A stretch of DNA of 28,147 bases from a virus (lineage: Duplodnaviria; Caudoviricetes), in IMG/VR virus record IMGVR_UViG_3300043415_000014, positions 1 through 28,147 of that record; one strand, written 5' to 3'. The position numbers and the translations under genes are program-made. Below the pieces are notes generated by a model. It ran no database searches and had not been told where the DNA came from. It saw only the letters and a program-made list of their open reading frames with translations. Of this stretch, positions 26,119 to 28,147 are shown piece after piece; position 1 is the first letter of the stretch, and the number at the start of each line of letters is the position of its first letter.

Positions 26119-26622
26119 ATGACAAAGACATTTTTTTTACCTAAGTATTATACTATTGAAATTGAGGATCAAACAGGCGAAGTAAAAGTTTATTCTAATT
26201 CTAAACACGCTAAAGGACGAGAATTAACTAAAAAAATAAATTCTTACGGGTATTTAGATATTAAAATGAATAATAAAACTTATACTATTCATTCATTGGT
26301 TGCTAAATATTTTTTAGGTGAGAGACCAAAAGATTTATGTATTAATCATATAGACGGTAATAAATTTAATAATGCGCCTTCAAACTTAGAGTATGTAACA
26401 ATAACTGAAAATATAAAACATTCAATAAAAACAGGTTTACATATTTGCAATACTCCTGAAAAAATGGGTAGATATATAGATGGTAGGTGTAAGGATAAAG
26501 TAAAATATAAAAGAGAATGGTATCTTAAAAATAAACAACGCATCCTTGAAAAGATGAAAAAAAACTACAATGACAACAAACAACAACCAACTAAAAACAA
26601 AACGCAAAAGACTTTACTTTGA
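26119..26622 (+). CDS. HNH homing endonuclease (HNH_3 type)
   Basis: IHSLVAKYF...INHIDGNKFNNAPSNLEYVT..EN..H. Confidence 0.9.
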   Translation: MTKTFFLPKYYTIEIEDQTGEVKVYSNSKHAKGRELTKKINSYGYLDIKMNNKTYTIHSLVAKYFLGERPKDLCINHIDGNKFNNAPSNLEYVTITENIKHSIKTGLHICNTPEKMGRYIDGRCKDKVKYKREWYLKNKQRILEKMKKNYNDNKQQPTKNKTQKTLL

Positions 26623-27322
26623 TTGTGAGGTAAGCCCAAACATCGGTTTCTTTTGGACCGCAGGATTTAAATTAAACATAAGCACGGAAAGCATTATTAA
26701 GGAACGTGCAATCATTTGTATTTGTTACAAATGGGAAGAGGAAAAAGAAACTCACGCTTTACATTGGGACGCTAAGCAGAATGATAAAAAAATGCTACAA
26801 GACTTTATCAAAGTAGCAAATGAAGCCGACGAATTAGTAGGACATAACGGCGATAAATTCGACTTAGCTTGGGTCCGCACTCGTTGTTTATTTCATAGAA
26901 TAGATATGTTCCCAACATATACAACCATCGACACTTTAAAGGTCGCTAGATCAAAGTTTAAATTCAATTCAAATAAACTTAATTACATAGCTAAATATTT
27001 AGGTATTGGGCAAAAGATTCATACCGATTACGACTTATGGAAGGACATCGTATTGAATAAGGATAAAGCAGCTATGGATAAAATGATTAAGTATTGTAAA
27101 ATGGACGTTATCTTATTAGAGAAAGTTCATAAAGAATTATCGTTACATATACCCGCTAAAACGCATTATGGAGTTATCTTTGGAGGAGAAAGAGCCTCAT
27201 GCCCTGAATGCGGAAGCGATGATTTAGTAAGAAACAATAAAAGGGTATCGGCAAGCGGGTTAGTTAAGATACAAATGCGTTGTAATACCTGCGGGAAATT
27301 TCATACAAAAACTGATAAATAA
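26570..27322 (+). CDS. RNase H-like / DnaQ-fold 3'-5' exonuclease with C-terminal zinc ribbon
   Basis: FDCE, GHNGDKFD, IDTL, YCKMDV; CPECG...CNTCG. Confidence 0.88.
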   Translation: MTTNNNQLKTKRKRLYFDCEVSPNIGFFWTAGFKLNISTESIIKERAIICICYKWEEEKETHALHWDAKQNDKKMLQDFIKVANEADELVGHNGDKFDLAWVRTRCLFHRIDMFPTYTTIDTLKVARSKFKFNSNKLNYIAKYLGIGQKIHTDYDLWKDIVLNKDKAAMDKMIKYCKMDVILLEKVHKELSLHIPAKTHYGVIFGGERASCPECGSDDLVRNNKRVSASGLVKIQMRCNTCGKFHTKTDK

Positions 27323-27519
27323 TGGATTCAAATATTTTAACATTGGTAATTGAAGATATGCGTAAGCGAGAAGCTAAAGGGAAATTAGAATACGGAACAA
27401 CTTTAGACCGTAAAGACTTAGGCGATAAAGAATGGATGTTATACGCTTATGAAGAGGCCTTGGACTTAGCGTTATATTTACGCAAGATTATTGAAAACAG
27501 TAACGATAAAGTATATTAA
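27322..27519 (+). CDS. Small all-alpha NTP pyrophosphatase-like (MazG-like) protein
   Basis: REAKGKLEYGTTL...AYEEALDLALYLRK. Confidence 0.6.
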   Translation: MDSNILTLVIEDMRKREAKGKLEYGTTLDRKDLGDKEWMLYAYEEALDLALYLRKIIENSNDKVY

Positions 27520-27520
27520 T

Positions 27521-27712
27521 ATGAAGTACCCTAAAACATGGAATAAAATGAGTTTAAGTGAGCAAGAAAATTGGTTAGTAAAGAAATTAACCGAAATATA
27601 CAACCAAGAAGCGGAAATTAAAAGAATGTTAGGTAAGGTTCGTGGCGGTCAAAAAATTAACGTAATAATTGAAGAAAGACCCGATTTATTGGAAATGAAA
27701 GATGAAAATTAA
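27521..27712 (+). CDS. Hypothetical protein
   Basis: ORF starting MKYPKTW, tightly packed with neighbours. Confidence 0.6.
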   Translation: MKYPKTWNKMSLSEQENWLVKKLTEIYNQEAEIKRMLGKVRGGQKINVIIEERPDLLEMKDEN

Positions 27713-27971
27713 AATTATTCATAAAAAGTTAGGAAGAGAACAAGCGCACGGCATAGCTGAAAGCGACGGTGTAATCTATATTGATCCTCGTTTAAAGGGA
27801 CGTAAGAAACTTGAGATTTACATACACGAGATATTTCACTTACTCAACCCTGAAGACACGGAGGAGCAAGTGATTGAAAAGAGCGTTACGCTAACTAAAA
27901 TACTATGGAATTTAGGCTATCGTCAAGTGGACAATAGTAAACATTTACCGCTCCAAGACGGCTCTAAATAA
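27702..27971 (+). CDS. Minimal HExxH zincin-like metallopeptidase
   Basis: GIA...IYIDPRL...IHEIFH...EEQV. Confidence 0.75.
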   Translation: MKIKIIHKKLGREQAHGIAESDGVIYIDPRLKGRKKLEIYIHEIFHLLNPEDTEEQVIEKSVTLTKILWNLGYRQVDNSKHLPLQDGSK

Positions 27972-27976
27972 AAAGG

Positions 27977-27984
27977 TATATTTG
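27977..27984 (+). promoter_or_regulatory. -7 promoter element driving sRNA 1
   Basis: TATATTTG 5 nt after last stop codon. Confidence 0.6.
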
Positions 27985-27987
27985 TAA

Positions 27988-28038
27988 CGTTGTTTTTCAT
28001 AGTTGGTTTCTCCTGGTGTAAAAAGCCAGGAGTTTTTT
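27988..28038 (+). ncRNA. Putative small RNA 1 (about 50 nt), antisense-to-start-codon type
   Basis: Promoter, then TTGTTTTTCATAGTTGGTTT, then terminator; 14-nt perfect complement to 2466-2479. Confidence 0.62.
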
Positions 28039-28135
28039 GTTTTATCAATATATTAAGTTAGATTTGTACTGATTCAAGCAATTCATAGACAAATGGTTTA
28101 ACCCCTTACGTTTCTACGTCGAGGGGTTTTTTTAT
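28010..28135. repeat. Terminal direct repeat, right copy
   Basis: Identical to 1..126. Confidence 0.97.
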
Positions 28136-28147
28136 TGAATATGTCCA

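Noticed and set aside
1957-26543. Minus-strand ORFs in the track (e.g. 5698-6111, 11195-11578, 16503-16913)
   Set aside because: All are shadows of well-supported + strand genes and show no recognisable motifs.
27923-28000. Minus-strand micro-ORFs starting at the CAT of each sRNA (25 aa MKNNVTNIPF...; 13 aa MNCLNQYKSNLIY at 36-77)
   Set aside because: No minus-strand promoter seen; they run through + strand promoters and a gene; the T-tails orient the hairpins as + strand terminators. Kept only as the alternative hypothesis.

Overview
Essentially complete, circularly permuted genome (about 28,009 bp; 126-bp direct repeat 1..126 = 28010..28135) of a small tailed phage with a non-contractile (siphovirus-type) tail module. 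Every credible gene is on the + strand. The host is very likely Bacteroidota: TAnnTTTG (-7) boxes, several with TTTG (-33) 19-20 nt upstream, precede most modules, and starts are A-rich with no Shine-Dalgarno. Gene order: early genes (DnaA domain-IV protein, ERF recombinase, SSB-like, HTH); a C5 cytosine methyltransferase with a nested second-frame subunit; a replication initiator with internal iterons plus a loader-like gene; NinG; ParB-like; TerS/TerL; HK97-type portal; ferritin-like; MuF-like; protease; capsid; neck; tail tube; chaperones; tape measure; tail tip; a second tail-tube paralogue; a tail fibre with S74 chaperone; lysis genes; HNH; and an exonuclease/pyrophosphatase/metallopeptidase cluster. 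No integrase, CI-like repressor, polymerase, tRNA or CRISPR array was seen. The most striking non-genic signals are (i) two tandem promoter-small RNA-terminator cassettes across the genome junction whose unpaired parts are antisense to start-codon regions, including the phage's own early genes, and (ii) a structured leader before the replication initiator with two hairpins whose 7-nt loops are exact complements (kissing loop). All family calls are from motif recognition by eye, not database searches.
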